DNA of 64,000 nucleotides from the human T2T-CHM13v2.0 reference genome, Homo sapiens. The notes under the pieces are model-generated. The model made no database searches. It was not told the DNA's origin and saw only the letters and a program-made list of their open reading frames with translations. Made by a program: the position numbers and the translations under genes. The first letter of the stretch is position 1. The number at the start of each line of letters is the position of its first letter. The stretch is taken from NCBI RefSeq assembly GCF_009914755.1, contig NC_060947.1. The stretch is one strand, 5' to 3'. Positions 61,817-64,000 of this stretch are shown piece by piece.

Positions 61817-62447
61817 GAGGGGTTGACTTTTTTTGTTTTTACAAGTAGCATTGTTAGGAACTTCTTTTTTATACATGTGCCTTTGTATAGTATATTCTAA
61901 GTACCATGGTGTGACAATCAACCTTTAATGAAATAACACTACCCAGGTACAACAAAATCAAATCACTCTTAGAAACATCTTTTACGCCTGTGCCTTTAAG
62001 AGAGTGTATTACACACACCACAGTGGTTGTTTTTTGGGTTTTTTTTTTTCAGAAAAAGGGATCTCGCTATATTGCCCAGGCTGGCCTGGAACTCCTGGGC
62101 TCAAGCTATCCTCCCACCTCAGCCTCCCGAGTAGCTGGGACTATAAGTGCACACCCCTGTGCCCAGCTACACACCACAGTTTTGTGAACACATTCTTTCA
62201 ATGCAACAACACAGTCCTTATTCACATATACAACTAGCACTCTTAGAAACAGCTTTTATACCTATGCCTTTACAGAGCATATTACGTACCTCAGTCTTGT
62301 GAACACATCCTTTTGAAAAGGAGGAAAACCCTTACTCATATATAAACTGGCATTCTTAGAAACATCTTTCATACATGTATCTTTTTATACTGCATTCCAC
62401 ACACCACAGTGTGGTAAACATCCTTTGGGGGTTGGTATTTGAACAGA
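61817..62447 (+). repeat. Local direct duplication, copy 2, lying within a minus-strand L2 (about 61570-62600)
   Basis: Aligns with 60004-60605; L2-like sequence on both sides. Confidence 0.92.
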
Positions 62448-63823
62448 GTGCTGAAAGGAACCATGCAGAGATCTGGGGGTGGTGTTCAAGGCACAAAGAA
62501 CAGCCAATGCAAAGGCCCTGAGGCTGGCCCATGCCTGCTATGTTTGAGGAGCTGTGTGGTGGAACCAGTGTGGTTGGAGCACAGTAAGGGGGTGGGAAGG
62601 TATAGGCGGTAATGCTAGAAAGGTTACTTGTTTTACCATTAATTCACAGTTAATATTTATTTACACTGGAAGGGATTCTAGTTCTGATCCCCCATTTCAC
62701 AAATGAAGAAAAAGGCACAGAGAGGAAGTGGTTAAATCACTCATCTAAGGTCACACAGCTGCTGGGATTGGGGGGTGGGTGGGTGCTGAGAGAAGGTGAG
62801 GAATGAAGACTGCTCTGCAGGCAGAGGGAACAGCAAGAACAAAAGCTTGGAGGTGAGAACTAATTTGGTTTTTAAGGACTGAGGCCTCACGTGGGGTGGG
62901 ATGAGATCTAAGAGGGGAGCCTCAAAAATTATCCTGTGTCCTGAGTACTTCCTGGGCCACCTTTGAGTAAGGAATTTAACCTCCCTATGGCCCAATTCCC
63001 TCACTACCTATCTCATGGGGTTGTGGTGAGGATTAAAGGAACTCATTCATATGAAACACTCTGCCTGATATACGGCAGGTGCTCAATAAACGCTAGCTCC
63101 TATTGGCATTACTATCATCACTGGCGCTAATGTATTCACTTATTGTAGTGAGGCAGAACGTCTTTGTGGTTACGAGTGTGACCAGGCTGACCCACTATTA
63201 AGAGGTGGAGGACAGGGAAGGCCGTACAGTGCTCCATCACAAGGAAAAGAGGATCAGCACGTTCTCTTCTGGGAAGGGAAAAAAAAAGAGAAGGAAATTG
63301 AAAGTACACGGCCGATCTTCCCCCAATTACAAAGCACTGGACTCACGGGAGGGTATGCGGGGGACTGTGCAAGCATACAGGGGTGTGGGGGAGGAAGGCC
63401 AATGAACAGATCCACTGCAAAGGGAGGGGTGATGAGGCTCATCGTCTGAGGGGAAGGGGAGCAGAAAACCTTACAGACTCCTGCACCACAGTGAGAGGAG
63501 AGAAAAGCCATCACACAGACTGATTCAAAGCAGAGAGGGAAAAGGCTATGGACTGAGCTACTGAAAATAGGGAGATGTAAAGCACTAAACTAACCCACTA
63601 TTAAAAAGGAGAGAACCCCAAGCGCTAGAGCGACAGTCTACGAAAAAGAGGAGACAGGGCAATGGACTGATAGCTAAAGGGACGTGAATCCAAACATGAA
63701 GACTGATCCACTATAAAATGGTGGTGGTGGTGGTGGGGGGGGGGGGGGTGGTTTTGAAAAAAGCCATGGACTGATGCATTGGGGGACTGGAGGAGGCAGG
63801 AATACAAACTCAGGTAGACTCAC

Positions 63824-63929
63824 TGTTAAAGAGGGATGCGGAGGAGTGCGGCGCCACGGATTGATTCGCTACGATGTACAGGAAGGGTGGAATAAATAAG
63901 GCCACGGACGGGTCTCCTGAAAGTTGAGG
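63824..63929 (-). other. ELK1: ELK1 non-coding 5'UTR exon 2 (106 nt)
   Basis: tttctcctag|CCTCAACTTTC...CTCTTTAACA|gtgagt; joining it to 55376 gives the recalled mRNA ...ttaacagtacccctgggatgg. Confidence 0.85.
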
Positions 63930-64000
63930 CTAGGAGAAATCCAAACACTCAGATACACCTACTATTAAGGGGGCTGAACACTGTCACAGGCTAGCTCCCT

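Overview
Human-type genomic DNA matching Xp11.23, identified from recalled protein and mRNA sequences (no database search was run). From left to right it holds the last exon and poly(A) site of TIMP1 (+), nested in intron 5 of SYN1 (-); SYN1 exons 5 to 1 with the CpG-island promoter (RE1, CRE, EGR sites); the full 9-exon CDS of properdin CFP (-, 469 aa); and the full 5-exon CDS of ELK1 (-, 428 aa) plus its non-coding exon 2. All internal exon boundaries read GT-AG, and the CFP and ELK1 exon lengths sum to the expected protein sizes. Introns carry about 30 Alus, L1, L2, MIR, MER21, MLT1, MER5A, MER20, a piggyBac MITE (MER75) and an ancient two-LTR ERVL provirus. The less expected structure is: several old degenerate tandem arrays lying just 3' of splice donors or a poly(A) site (two built on an L2-tail motif); a decayed copy of SYN1 exon 4 in intron 5; a sense-oriented MER75 keeping a PGBD4-like N-terminus and an acceptor-like site; a 600-bp duplication in ELK1 intron 2; an orphan twin-CCAAT CpG-rich element; and two open routes to alternative ELK1 C-termini. 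No CRISPR array, rRNA or tRNA gene was seen. Repeat boundaries and subfamilies are approximate.
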